Source: Squalus acanthias
Lineage: Eukaryota
Length of the DNA stretch: 64,000 bases
NCBI GenBank assembly: GCA_030390025.1
Contig: CM059427.1
Coordinates: forward strand, 200,942,001-201,006,000
Reading direction: 5' to 3'
The notes below the pieces were generated by a model, which was given only the letters and a program-made list of their open reading frames with translations, was not told the DNA's origin and did no database searches. Position 1 is the stretch's first letter, and the number at the start of each line of letters is the position of its first letter. Below, in pieces: positions 12,540-24,421 of this stretch. Both the position numbers and the translations under genes were made by a program.

Positions 12540-13483
12540 AGTGAGAAGTCGCACAACACCAGGTTATAGTCCAACAGTTTTATTTGAAATCACAAGCTTT
12601 CGGAGCTGCTGCTCCTTCGTCAGGTGAAGTGAAGGAATACAAATCGACAAAGCATATATAGATAGAGAACAATGCCTGTGTAGCGTACAATGTCAGACGA
12701 CTACAGTTAATCTTTCTGACTGCCTTTTATCACACCTCGGCAGAGAAACAATCAGGTCAGTCAGGGAGACATTATATCAAAGATACAACTAAGACAATGA
12801 GGTGGGGTCACAGGGGGTCTAATGTGTCAAATGCAGTCTGTATGGAAAACCATAAACTTTAAACTTTTTACTTTTTTTTACTGGAAATCACATCTGTGAA
12901 CAAGCCAACAACGACTCGAGTCTGGATGACTCTACGTCAGGTGGGGTTACATGTAGCGTGACATGAATCCAAGATCCCGATTGAGGCCGTCCTCATGGGT
13001 GCGGAACTTGGCTATCAGTTTCTGCTCGATGATTTTGCGTTGTGTGTCTCGAAGGCCGCCTTGGAGAATGCTTACCCGCAAATCCGAGGCTGAATGTCCT
13101 TGACTGCTGAAGTGTTCCCCGACTGGGAGGTAACAATCCTGCCTGGCGATTGTTGCGCGGTGTCCGTTCATACGTTGTCTCAGTGTCTGCATGGTCTCGC
13201 CGATGTACCATGCTCCGGGGCATCCTTTCCTGCAACGTATGAGGTAGACAACGTTGGCCGAGTCACATGAATATGTACCATGTACCTGGTGGGTAGTGTC
13301 CTCATGTGTGATGATGGTATCTGTGTTGATGATCTGGCATGTCTTGCAGAGGATGCCGTGGCAGGGTTGTGTGGTGTCGTGGTCGCTGTTCTCCTGAAAG
13401 CTGGGTAATTTGCTGCGAACGATGGTACTTTTGAGGTTAGGCGGCTGTTTGAAGGCGAGTAGTGGAGGCGTGGGGATGGCCTT
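12540..13483 (-). mobile_element. Penelope-like retroelement 3' fragment (GIY-YIG endonuclease C-terminus plus pLTR)
   Basis: ORF 12947-13192 QTLRQRMNGHR..PVGEHF..EQKLIAKFRTHEDGLNRD is a typical PLE GIY-YIG C-terminus; hammerhead downstream. Confidence 0.85.
12590..12627 (-). ncRNA. Minimal type I hammerhead ribozyme in a Penelope pseudo-LTR
   Basis: Minus strand TCAC-CTGACGA-A-GGAGC-AGCA-GCTCC-GAAA-GCTT-GTGA, downstream of a GIY-YIG ORF. Confidence 0.78.
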
Positions 13484-13519
13484 AGCCGCCTAACCTCAAA
13501 AGTACCATCGTTCGCAGCA

Positions 13520-14128
13520 AATCTGTCTATCTCCACCTTAAATGTATTTAATGACCCAGCCTCCACGGCTCTCTGGGGCAGAGAATTCCACAGATTTACG
13601 ACCCTCTGAGAGAAGAAATTCCTCCTCATCTCAGTTCTAAAAGGGCGACCCCTTATTCTGAAACTATGCCCCCGAGTTCTAGATTTTCCCACGAGGGGAA
13701 ACATCCTCTCTGCATCTACCTTGTCGAGCCCCCTCAGTATCTTATATGTTTCAATAAGATCACCTCTCATTCTTCTAAATTCCAATGAGTATAGGTCCAA
13801 CCTGCTCAAATTTTATTCATAAGTCAACCCCCTCATCTCAGGAATCATCCGAGTGAATCGTCTCTGAACTGCCTCCAATGCAAGTATATCCTTCCTTAAA
13901 TAAGGAGACCAAAACTGTACGCAGTACTCCAGGTGTGGTCTCACCAATACCCTGTACAGTTGTAGCAGGACTTCCCTGCTTTTATACTCCAACCCCCTTG
14001 AAATAAAGGCCAACATTCCATTTGCCTTTTTGATTACTTGCTGTACCTGCATGCTAACTTTTTGTGTTTCATGCACAAGGACCCCCAGGTCCCTCTGAAC
14101 TGTAGCATTTTGTAATCTCTCTCCATTT
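13520..14128 (-). mobile_element. CR1 LINE fragment
   Basis: ORFs 13180-13809 and 13813-14166 with CR1 ORF2 C-terminal motifs. Confidence 0.9.
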
Positions 14129-14555
14129 GAGTGAGTGGCTGACTTATATATGAAGGTGCACGCCATAGTCTAGATTTTACGGTAACAGTTTCTGCTCTGC
14201 AATTGGTGATAGGGGTCACTGGCCAGCAGAGGACGCTGCTGCACTTTATATACACAGTGCCGGGATATAGATCAGACAGACAGATGATGGAGCAGAAAGT
14301 GCGATTACGGTTAATTGGAGAAGCGCCCTGTTTTAGACACAAAATAAACATTTGCCCATGGCTAGATTTAGGAAGCATTTACACAGAGAGAGAGAGAGGG
14401 GGGGGAATGAAATCAGGTTCTGTGAGTTGAGGCTCCACCTGCAGTGCTGCCAGTGGCAGACAGATGGCACCATCACCAAATCCCAGGAACACAAACCCCA
14501 AACAACAACAACAACTTGCATTTATATCGGCGTCATTGTATAACGGTGAATACCG

Positions 14556-14631
14556 ATTGGCTGTTGTGCGACTCACCAGTTGCCGGGGAGAGGTCTCTGG
14601 GTGAGATTGTGTTTTGAAGAAATCAGGTGAC
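14556..14631 (-). promoter_or_regulatory. S-X1-X2-Y-like module 1
   Basis: Minus strand CAATCT-N16-CCCGGCAAC-TGG-TGAGTCG-N8-CCAAT, with E-box CAGGTG at 14624-14629. Confidence 0.65.
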
Positions 14632-14712
14632 GGAAGGTAAATAAATATCCTGCCGCTAATTCAAACCCCCACTCCAGAGACTCGAGCACGTAATCTAGGC
14701 CGACACTCCCAG

Positions 14713-17297
14713 TGCAGTACTGAGGGAGCGCTGCACTGTCGGAGGGGCAGTACTGAGGGAGCACTGCACTGTAGAGGAGCAGTACTGAGGGAGTGCTGCA
14801 CTGTCGGAGGGGCAGTACTGAGGGAGCACTGCACTGTCGGAGGGGCAGTACTGAGGGAGCGCTGCACTGTCAGAGGGGCAGTACTGAGGGAGCACTGCAC
14901 TGTAGAGGAGCAGTACTGAGGGAGCGCTGCACTGTCGGAGGGGCAGTACTGAGGGAGCACTGCACTGTAGAGGAGCAGTACTGAGGGAGTGCTGCACTGT
15001 CGGAGGGGCAGTACTGAGGGAGTGCTGCACTGTCGGAGGGGCAGTACTGAGGGAGCGCTGCACTGTCAGAGGGGCAGTACTGAGGGAGCGCTGCACTGTA
15101 GAGGGGCAGTACTGAGGGAGAGCAGCACTGTCGGAGGGGCAGTACTGAGGGAGCGCTGCACTGTCGGAGGGGCAGTACTGAGGGAGCGCTGCACTGTAGA
15201 GGGGCAGTACTGAGGGAGAGCAGCACTGTCGGAGGGGCAGTACTGAGGGAGTGCTGCACTGTCGGAGGGACAGTACTGAGGGAGTGCCGCACTGTCGGAG
15301 GGGCAGTACTGAGGGAGCGCTGCACTGTCGGAGGGGCAGTACTGAGGGAGCGCTGCACTGTAGAGGGGCAGTGCTGAGGGAGCGCTGCACTGTCAGAGGG
15401 GCAGTACTGAGGGAGAGCAGCACTGTCGGAGGGGCAGTACTGAGGGAGCGCTGCACTGTAGAGGGGCAGTACTGAGGGAGAGCAGCACTGTCGGAGGGGC
15501 AGTACTGAGGGAGCGCTGCACTGTAGAGGGGCAGTACTGAGGGAGAGCAGCACTGTCGGAGGGGCAGTACTGAGGGAGTGCTGCACTGTCGGAGGGGCAG
15601 TACTGAGGGAGAGCAGCACTGTCGGAGGGGCAGTACTGAGGGAGCGCCGCACTGTCGGAGGGGCAGTACTGAGGGAGTGCTGCACTGTCGGAGGGGCAGT
15701 ACTGAGGGAGAGCAGCACTGTCGGAGGGGCAGTACTGAGGGAGCGCCGCACTGTCGGAGGGGCAGTACTGAGGGAGCGCTGCAATGTAGAGGGGCAGTAC
15801 TGAGGGAGCACTGCACTGTAGAGGAGCAGTACTGAGGGAGCGCTGCACTGTAGAGGGGCAGTACTGAGGGAGTGCTGCACTGTCGGAGGGGCAGTACTGA
15901 GGGAGCGCTGCACTGTCGGAGAGGCAGTACTGAGGGAGCGCTGCACTGTCGGAGGGTCAGTACTGAGGGAGTGCTGCACTGTCGGAGGGGCAGTACTGAG
16001 GGAGCGCCGCACTATCGGAGGGGCAGTACTGAGGGAGCGCTGCACTGTAGAGGGGCAGTACTGAGGGAGCGCTGCACTGTAGAGGGGCAGTACTGAGGGA
16101 GCGCTGCACTGTAGAGGGGCAGTACTGAGGGAGTGCTGCACTGTCGGAGGGGCAGTACTGAGGGAGCGCTGCACTGTCGGAGAGGCAGTACTGAGGGAGC
16201 ACTGCACTGTCGGAGGGGCAGTACTGAGGGAGCGCTGCACTGTAGAGGGGCAGTACTGAGGGAGTGCTGCACTGTAGAGGGGCAGTACTGAGGGAGTGCT
16301 GCACTGTCGGAGGGGCAGTACTGAGGGAGCGCTGCACTGTCGGAGAGGCAGTACTGAGGGAGCGCTGCACTGTCGGAGGGTCAGTACTGAGGGAGCGCCG
16401 CACTATCGGAGGGGCAGTACTGAGGGAGCGCTGCACTGTAGAGGGGCAGTACTGAGGGAGCGCTGCACTGTAGAGGGGCAGTACTGAGGGAGCGCTGCAC
16501 TGTAGAGGGGCAGTACTGAGGGAGTGCTGCACTGTCGGAGGGGCAGTACTGAGGGAGCGCTGCACTGTCGGAGAGGCAGTACTGAGGGAGCGCTGCACTG
16601 TCGGAGGGGCAGTACTGAGGGAGCGCTGCACTGTAGAGGGGCAGTACTGAGGGAGCACCGCACTGTCGGAGGGGCAGTACTGAGGGAGCGCTGCACTGTC
16701 GGAGGGACAGTACTGAGCGAGCGCTGCACTGTAGAGGGGCAGTACTGAGGGAGCGCTGCACTGTCGGAGGGGCAGTACTGAGGGAGCGCTGCACTGTCGG
16801 AGGGACAGTACTGAGCTAGCGCTGCACTGTAGAGGGGCAGTACTGAGCGAGCGCTGCACTGTCGGAGGGGCAGTACTGAGGGAGCGCTGCACTGTCGGAG
16901 GGACAGTACTGTGGGAGCGCCGCACTGTCGGAGGGGCGGTACTGAGGGAGCTCCGCACTGTCGGAGGGGCAGTACTGAGGGAGCGCTGCACTGTCGGAGG
17001 GGCAGTACTGAGGGAGCGCTGCACTGTAGAGGGGCAGTACTGAGGGAGTGCTGCACTGTCGGAGGGGCAGTACTGAGGGAGCGCTGCACTGTCGGAGAGG
17101 CAGTACTGAGGGAGCGCTGCACTGTCGGAGGGGCAGTACTGAGGGAGCGCTGCACTGTAGAGGGGCAGTACTGAGGGAGCGCTGCACTGTCGGAGGGGCA
17201 GTACTGAGGGAGCACCGCACTGTCGGAGGGGCAGTACTGAGGGAGCGCTGCACTGTCGGAGGGGCAGTACTGAGGGAGCGCTGCACTGTCGGAGGTG
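14713..17297 (+). repeat. 33/31-bp minisatellite (CAGTACTGAGGGAGCGCTGCACTGTCGGAGGGG) expanded inside a DeuSINE
   Basis: About 80 tandem units flanked by the 5' and 3' parts of the SINE. Confidence 0.95.
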
Positions 17298-18134
17298 CCG
17301 TCTTTCGGATGAGACGTTAAACTGAAGCCCCGTCTGCTCTCTCAGGTGGACGTAAAAGATCCTGTCGCACTATTTCGAAGAAGAGCAGGGGAGTTCTCCC
17401 CGCTGTCCTGGCCAATATTTATCCCTCAATCAACATCACTAAAATAGCGGATGATCTGGTCATTATCACATTGCTGAAGGGTTGGGGTAGGGATTTGGAA
17501 GGGCAGAGTACCCCAGAGGGGAGAAATGGAAGGTGGCATGACGACAGGAGAGAGGGGTCTAGGAGGGGTGAAGAGAAAAGGGGAAATTGAAGTGGTGGGC
17601 TCGGGTCTGGAGCAGCAGCCAGAACCCGCACGTGAATGGGCACAGGGAAATTCAAGTTGCATGGACGTGGTTACATAGCAAGATTAGGATAGATAAGTCC
17701 TGGTAATAAATGGAGAATGGAGAGGAGACAATAGGAGGGAGTCCAGAGTTAAACTCAGAGGTCCCGTGGTGGGATAAAGTTGACGTACGTAGGGTGGAGT
17801 CAGCTTGGAGCATCGACGAGCTGATGTCCTGAGCGCAAATTGGCTGCCGTGTTTCCTACATTACAACAGCGACTACACTTCAAAAAGTACTTCATTGGCT
17901 GTAAAGCGCTTTGGGACGTCCTGAAGTCGTGAAAGGCGCTATAGAAATGCAGGCCTTTCTTTCATATACCATCACTGAAAAGTAATTGAGATGTGCAGTG
18001 CTGTGAAATATCTTGACACATCCAGGTAGCATATAAATACAAGTGTTGTTTGTTAGCTGTAGTGGAGGGTTAGTTCACCAGATTGGCAATAAGCTTCAAT
18101 AAACACCTTATTTTAATCACATTTTCTCCCTGTT

Positions 18135-18690
18135 CAACGCTCTCCTGTCCGGCCTCCTACATTCCACCCTCTGTAAACTTGAGGTCATCTAAAACTCGGC
18201 TGCCCCGTGTCCTAACTCGCACCGAGTCCCGTTCACCCATCACCCCCTGTGCTCGCTGACCTACACTGGCTCCCGGTCCGGCAATGCCTCAATTTTAAAA
18301 TTCTCATCCTCCTGTTCAAATCCCTCCACGGCCTCACCCCCTCCCTATCTCTGTAACCTCCTCCAGCCCTACAACCCTCCGAGATCTCTGCGCTCATCTA
18401 ATTCTGGCCTCTTGCGCATCCCCGATTTCCTTCGCTCCACCATTGGCGGCCATGCCTTCAGTTGCCGGGGCCCTAAGCTCTGGAACTCCCTCCCTAAACC
18501 TCTCCGCCTCTCTCTCCTCCTTTAAGATGCTCCTTAAAACCTACCTCTTTGACCAAGCGTTGTGGTCACCTGTCCCGATATCTCCTTATGTGGCTCAGTG
18601 TCAAATTCTGTTTGATAATCGCTCCTGTGAAGCGCCTTGGGACGTTTCACTATGTTAAAGGCGCTGTATAAATGTAAGTTGTTGTTATTT
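18135..18690 (+). mobile_element. L2 LINE 3' fragment
   Basis: Same family tail as other L2 copies, ending in gttgtt. Confidence 0.8.
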
Positions 18691-18992
18691 CTATCAGCCT
18701 GTTGTGTCTGAAATTTAGGGAATTCCAGAGCTTAGGGCCCAGGCAGCTGAAGGCACGGCCACCAATGGTGGAGCGAAGGAAATCAGGGATGTGCAAGAGG
18801 CCAGAACTGGAGCAGCGCAGAGATCTCGGAGGGTTGTAGGGCTGGAGGAGGTTAGAGAGATAAGGAGGGGCGGGGGGGGGTGTGCGAGGCAAGTTGTTGT
18901 TGTCTTGTTGAGGTTCCACCTGCAGTGCTGCCAGCGGCAGACAGGTGGCACCATCACCAAATCCGAGAAACGCAAACTGGAAACGGCAAACC

Positions 18993-19070
18993 CTGATTGG
19001 CTGTTGTGCGACTCACCAGTTGCCGGGGAGAGGTCTCTGGGTGAGATTGTGTTTTGTAGAATCAGGTGAC
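18993..19070 (-). promoter_or_regulatory. S-X1-X2-Y-like module 2
   Basis: Same layout as module 1, with perfect Y box CTGATTGG at 18993-19000, X1 19019-19027, S 19044-19049. Confidence 0.68.
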
Positions 19071-19104
19071 ATGAAGCTAAGTCAACATTCCACACGTCCG
19101 CTGA

Positions 19105-20000
19105 CAACACCAAAGCTCTACCTCACCACCGGCTGTCTCGACCCCTCTACTGCCTCTGATTTGTCACGCTGCTTGTCCGACATCCAGTACTGGACGAGCA
19201 GGAGTTTACTCCAACTAAATATTGGGAAAACCGAAGCCATTGTCTTCGGCCCCCGCCACAAACTCCGTTCCCCGGCCACCGACTCCATCCCTCTCCCCTG
19301 GCATCTGTCTGAGGCTGAACCAGACCGTTTGCCAACCTTCACCCCCTATTTGACACCGAGATGGGCTTCCGACCACATCACCAAGACTGCTTACTTCCAC
19401 CTCCCTAATGCCGCCCGTCTCCGCCCTTGCCTCAGCTCATCTGCTGCTAAAACCCTCATCCATGCCTTTCTTACCTTTAGACTTGACTATTCCAACACTC
19501 TCCTGGCTGGCCTCCCACATTCTGCCCTCCGTAAACTTGAGCTCATCCAAAACTCGGCTGTCCCGTGTCCTAACTCGCACCAAGTCCCGTTCACCCATCA
19601 CCCCCCCCTCCCCCACCGTGCTCGCTGACCTACATTGGCTCCTCAATTTTAAAATTCTCATCCTTGTTTTCAAATCCCTCCCTGGCCTCGCCCCTCCCTA
19701 TCCCTGTAACCTCCTCCAGCCCCACAACCCCCCGAGATCTCTGCGCTCCTCTAATTCTGGCCTCTTGCGCATCCCCAGATTTCAATCGCTCCACCATTGG
19801 CGGCCGTGCCTTCAGCTGCCTGGGCCCTAAGCTCTGGCATTCCCTTCCTAAACCTCTCTACCTCTCTTTCTTCCTTCAAGACGCTCCTTAAAACCTACCC
19901 CTTTGACCAAGCTGTTGGTCACCCGCCCTAATATCTCCTCATGTGGCTCGGTGTCAAATTTCTGTCTGATAATCGCTCCTGTGAAGCGCCCTGGGACGTT
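19105..20000 (+). mobile_element. L2 LINE 3' fragment
   Basis: LQLNIGKTE, LIHAFLTFRLDYSN motifs. Confidence 0.85.
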
Positions 20001-20002
20001 TT

Positions 20003-20490
20003 AAGAACATAAGAAATAGGAGCAGGAATAGGCCACTTGGCCCCTCGAGCCTGCTCCGCCATTCAATAAGATCATGGCTGATCTTGGGCTCAAAGCCACT
20101 TCCCTGCCCGCTCCCCATAACCCTTCACTCCCCTTATCTTGCAAAAATCTGTCTATCTCCACCTTAAATGTATTTAATGACCCAGCCTGCACGGCTCTCT
20201 GGGGCAGAGAATTCCACAGATTTACGACCCTCTGAGAGAAGATATTCCTCCTCATCTCAGTTCTAAAAGGGCGACCCTTTATTCTGAAACTATGCCCCCG
20301 AGTTCTAGATTTCCCCACGAGGGGGAAACATCCTCTCTGCATCTACCTTGTCGAGTCCCCACAGTATCTTATATGTTTCGATAAGATCGCCTCTCATTCT
20401 TCTAAACTCCAATGAGTTTAGGCCCAGCCTGCTCAACCTTTCCTCATAAGTCAACCCCCTCATCTCTGGAATTAACCGAGTGAATCGTCT
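20003..20490 (-). mobile_element. CR1 3' fragment
   Basis: [13 protein letters not shown] and tail. Confidence 0.85.
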
Positions 20491-21195
20491 CACGTTAAAG
20501 GCGCTGTACAAATACAAGTTGTTGTTGTAGTAGTGTTCTTACAAAGAGCAGTGACCAGCACTTAGAAAAAAGTAAAACCATTCATTGCAAACCATTTTGG
20601 GACATCCTGTGGATGTGAAACTTGGATATAAACACAAGTTCTTCTTTCGATGTCTGAAGGCGCTGACTCTGTGCCGGGGTGCCATTCCACGGATGATGAA
20701 CGCACGCCTCTACCTCAAATGGAGCGGCCATTTTTCAAGTGCGTGACCCGGAGGCAGTGAGTTTTCGCGAGCTGTTCCCACCCGCGCTCAATCCGCTGCT
20801 GGCAGGTGCCACTCGGTAACGACGGGGAACATCCCGGGATCTTGGCTGATTATTCTGCTCCTCCGCGGCCCCCGCCCCCCCCCCCCCACCAAAAACCAGG
20901 CCAATTCTGATGCCATGCTGATTTGTGATGCCACGCGATTCGACCCTGGCGATTGGTAGCTGAGACAAATGCTGCCCGTTCTCCCCCAAATGGCGATCAA
21001 AAGTAGGAGCCCTGGCTGAATTTCTCTGGCCGAGTATCAGCCCAACTCTCGCCTGGTTGATATCAGTTAACTCAACATAGACCAGGGACCAAAAAGAAAG
21101 GACTTGCATTTCTCCAGCGCCTTTCACAACCTCGGGACGTCCCAAAGTGCTTTACAACCAATGAAGCACATTTTGAAGTGTAGTCACTGTTGTAA

Positions 21196-21630
21196 AGGGC
21201 AACACGGTGGCATAGTGGTTAGCACTGGTGCCTCACAGCGCCAGAGACCCGGGTTCGAATCTGACCTCGGGTGACTGTCTGTGTGGAGTTTGCACATTCT
21301 CCCCGTGTCTGCGTGGGTTTCCTCCGGGTGCTCCGGTTTCCTCCCACAGTCCAAAAATGTGCGGGTTAGGTTGATTTGGCTATGATAAATTGACCCTTAG
21401 TGTTAGGGGGGATTAAATATGTGGGGTTATGGGGACAGGATGGGATATGTTAGGGGGAATTAAATACATGGGGTTACGGGGGTAGGGTGGGATATGAGTA
21501 CTGTGGGGATTAAAGCAGGGACAGGGTACTGGATTTGGATGATCAGCCATGATCGTATTGAATGGCGGAGCAGGCTCGACGGGCCGAATGGCCTACTCCT
21601 GCTCCTAGATTCTATGTTTCTATGTTTCTA
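21196..21630 (+). mobile_element. HE1-like V-SINE nested in an antisense DeuSINE
   Basis: tRNA head, V-domain (gtgtggagtttgcacattctccccgtgtctgcgtgggtttcctccggg), CR1-derived tail (tttctatg)n, TGTAA duplicated at both ends. Confidence 0.88.
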
Positions 21631-21857
21631 TGTAATGTAGGAAAAGCGGCAGCCAATTTTTGCGCACAGCAAGCTCCCACAAACAGCAATGTGATAATGA
21701 CCAGATAATCTGTTTTAGTGATGTTGGCTGAGGGATAAATATTGGCCCAGGACATCGGGGAGAACTCCCCTACTCTTCATCGAAATAGAAATCTTTTACA
21801 TCCAGTTGTTGGGCAGAGGTGGCCTTGGTTTAATGTCTCATCCCAATGAGACACATG

Positions 21858-22610
21858 ACAGTGCAGTGCTCCCTCAGTACTGCCCCTCCGACAGTGCAGC
21901 ACTCCCTCAGTACTGCTCCTCTGACAGTGCAGCGCTCCCTCAGTACTGCCCCTCCGACAGTGCAGCACTCCCTCAGTACTGCCCCTCCGACAGTGCAGCT
22001 CTCCCTCAGTACTGCCCCTCCGACAGTGCAGCGCTCCCTCAGTACTGCCCCTCCGACAGTGCAGCGCTCCCTCAGTACTGCTCCTCTGACAGTGCAGCGC
22101 TCCCTCAGTACTGCCCCTCCGACAGTGCAGCACTCCCTCAGTACTGCCCCTCCGACAGTGCAGCGCTCCCTCAGTACTGCCCCTCTGACAGTGCAGCGCT
22201 CCCTCAGTACTGCCCCTCCGACAGTGCAGCGCTCCCTCAGTACTGCCCCTCCTACAGTGCAGTGCTCCCTCAGTACTGCCCCTCCAACAGTGCAGCGCTC
22301 CCTCAGTACTGCCCCTTCGACAGTGCAGCGCTCCCTCAGTACTGCCCCTCCTACAGTGCAGTGCTCCCTCAGTACTGCCCCTCCTACAGTGCAGTGCTCC
22401 CTCAGTACTGCCCCTCCGACAGTGCAGCGCTCCCTCAGTACTGCCCCTCCTACAGTGCAGTGCTCCCTCAGTACTGCCCCTCCAACAGTGCAGCGCTCCC
22501 TCAGTACTGCCCCTTCGACAGTGCAGCGCTCCCTCAGTACTGCCCCTCCTACAGTGCAGTGCTCCCTCAGTACTGACCTTCTGACAGTGCGGCGCTCCCT
22601 CAGTAATGCA
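21858..22610 (-). repeat. 33-bp SINE-derived minisatellite
   Basis: About 22 units within a minus-strand DeuSINE. Confidence 0.93.
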
Positions 22611-23398
22611 CTGGAGTGTCAGCTTAGATTATGGGCTCAAGTCTCTGGAGTGGGACTTGGACCCACAACCTTCTGACTCAGAGGCCAGAGTGCTACCCAC
22701 TGAACCACAGTTGACAACAAATATGGACGGTTCAGTATAGTTCACTCCCACGCTGGATTGTGTTGTCATCCACTAAGACTTGTGTTCCCTTGAATATAGG
22801 AGATTAATGTGTGATCTAATTGAGCTGTTTAAGATGATTAAAAGATTTGATGGGGTAGAGAGAGAGAAACTATTTCCTCTGGTGGGGGAGTCCGGAACAA
22901 GGGGGCAGAACCTTAAAATTAGAGCCAGGCCGTTCAGGGGATGATGTCAGGAAGCACTTCTTCACACAAAGGGTCGAGGAAATCTGGAACTCTCTCCCCC
23001 AAAAAGCTGTTGAGTCTGGGGGGGTGAATTGAAAATTTCAAAACTGAGATTGAAAGATTTTTGTTGGGCAAGGGTATTAAGGGTTACAGAACCAAGGCGG
23101 GTAGATGGAGTTAAGGTACAGATCAGCCACGATCTAATTGAATGGCAGAGCAGGCTCGAGGGGCTGAATGGCCTCCTCCTGTTCCTGACGTTCCAATTCC
23201 TATAAAACACTGGCTTTGATTGCGCTCTGTTTTACTGATCTACAGGTAATAGAATTTATGGACGAACCCAGAGCCAAGTGTTGGCACAGAGCCAAAACAC
23301 AGAGGAGGTCTTGTTTCTGTGTGTCGTCGAACAGTTTCACATCTGCTGTGGGTGAAACCCACAGCGAGGACATGAAACCTCCAAGCAGGGCAACGCCA

Positions 23399-23473
23399 AT
23401 TGGCTGCTCAGTGACTCACCAGTTGTCAGGGAAAGAACTTCAACTGAGATTGTTTTTCACAGAGTCACGTGAC
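23399..23473 (-). promoter_or_regulatory. S-X1-X2-Y-like module 3
   Basis: CAATCT-N16-CCTGACAAC-TGG-TGAGTCA-N8-CCAAT plus GTCACGTGAC; spacers differ in sequence from modules 1/2 but have the same length. Confidence 0.7.
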
Positions 23474-23719
23474 AATCAGTAAGTCAGGACTGATTGCCCC
23501 CCTGTTATTGGACAGGAGCGGCAGATTACACATTAACACAGCAGGTCGTGGGTTCAAGTCCCACTCCAGAGACTTGAACTTCAGGAAAACAGAGAGAGGG
23601 AGGGGGGGAATTAAATCAGCCTCTTGTGTGTTGAGGCTCCAGCTGCAGTGTTGCCAGCGGCGGAGACATGGCACCATCACCAAAATCCGGGAAACACAAA
23701 CCCCGCACGGTAAACCTTG

Positions 23720-23792
23720 ATCGGCTCTTGGGCAACTCACCAGTTGCCGGGGAGAGATCTCTGGGTGAGATTGTGTTCGGTAGGATCAGGTC
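23720..23792 (-). promoter_or_regulatory. S-X1-X2-Y-like module 4 (degenerate X2 and Y)
   Basis: CAATCT-N16-CCCGGCAAC-TGGTGAGTTG..CCGAT. Confidence 0.5.
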
Positions 23793-24421
23793 AGGGAGGG
23801 TAAACAAACATCCTGCCGCTATTCCAAGTCCCGCTCCAGAGCCTTGAGCACAAAATCCAGGCTGACGCTGTTGGAGCGCTGCACTATCGGACGTGCTGTC
23901 TTTCGGATGAGACGTTAAACCGAGGCCCCGTCTGCTGTCTCAGGTGGATGTGAAAGATCCCGCGGGCACTATTTCGAAGAAGAGCAGGGGAGTCCGGTGT
24001 CCTGGGGCCAATATTTATCCTTCAATCAACATCACTAAAAACAGATTATCTGGTCATTGCTGTTTGTGGGAGCTTGCTGTGCGCAAACTGGCTGCCGCGT
24101 TTCCTACATTACAACAGTGACTATACTTCAGAAGTACTTTATTGGCTGTAAAGCGCTTTGGGATGTCTTGAGGTGGTGAAAGGCGCTGGAGAAATGCAAG
24201 TCTCTCTTCTTCATTGGGCAACTTTCAACAGCCCATAGATTATCGGATAGATAGATCCGCGCGGTGACCCACGGTAAAGCGACACTGCGCTGGTTCTCCG
24301 AGGCCTACTGCAGTCACTCTCCGACCCCTATTCCCCACCATCTCCTGGGCAGAGTCCAGGAAGCCTGCCAGAAGAATGCGAATGACCCCTCGGTGTAAAA
24401 CTGGCTGGGGTCAGGGGTGTT

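Noticed and set aside
14435-14475. CTCF-like motif in the triplicated cassette
   Set aside because: The CCAC/CCAG core is poorly matched; better explained as E-boxes.
14713-17297. CRISPR-like array or long repetitive ORFs (373, 456, 355 aa)
   Set aside because: Head-to-tail units with no unique spacers, derived from a SINE in eukaryotic DNA; the ORFs arise because the unit lacks stops in some frames.
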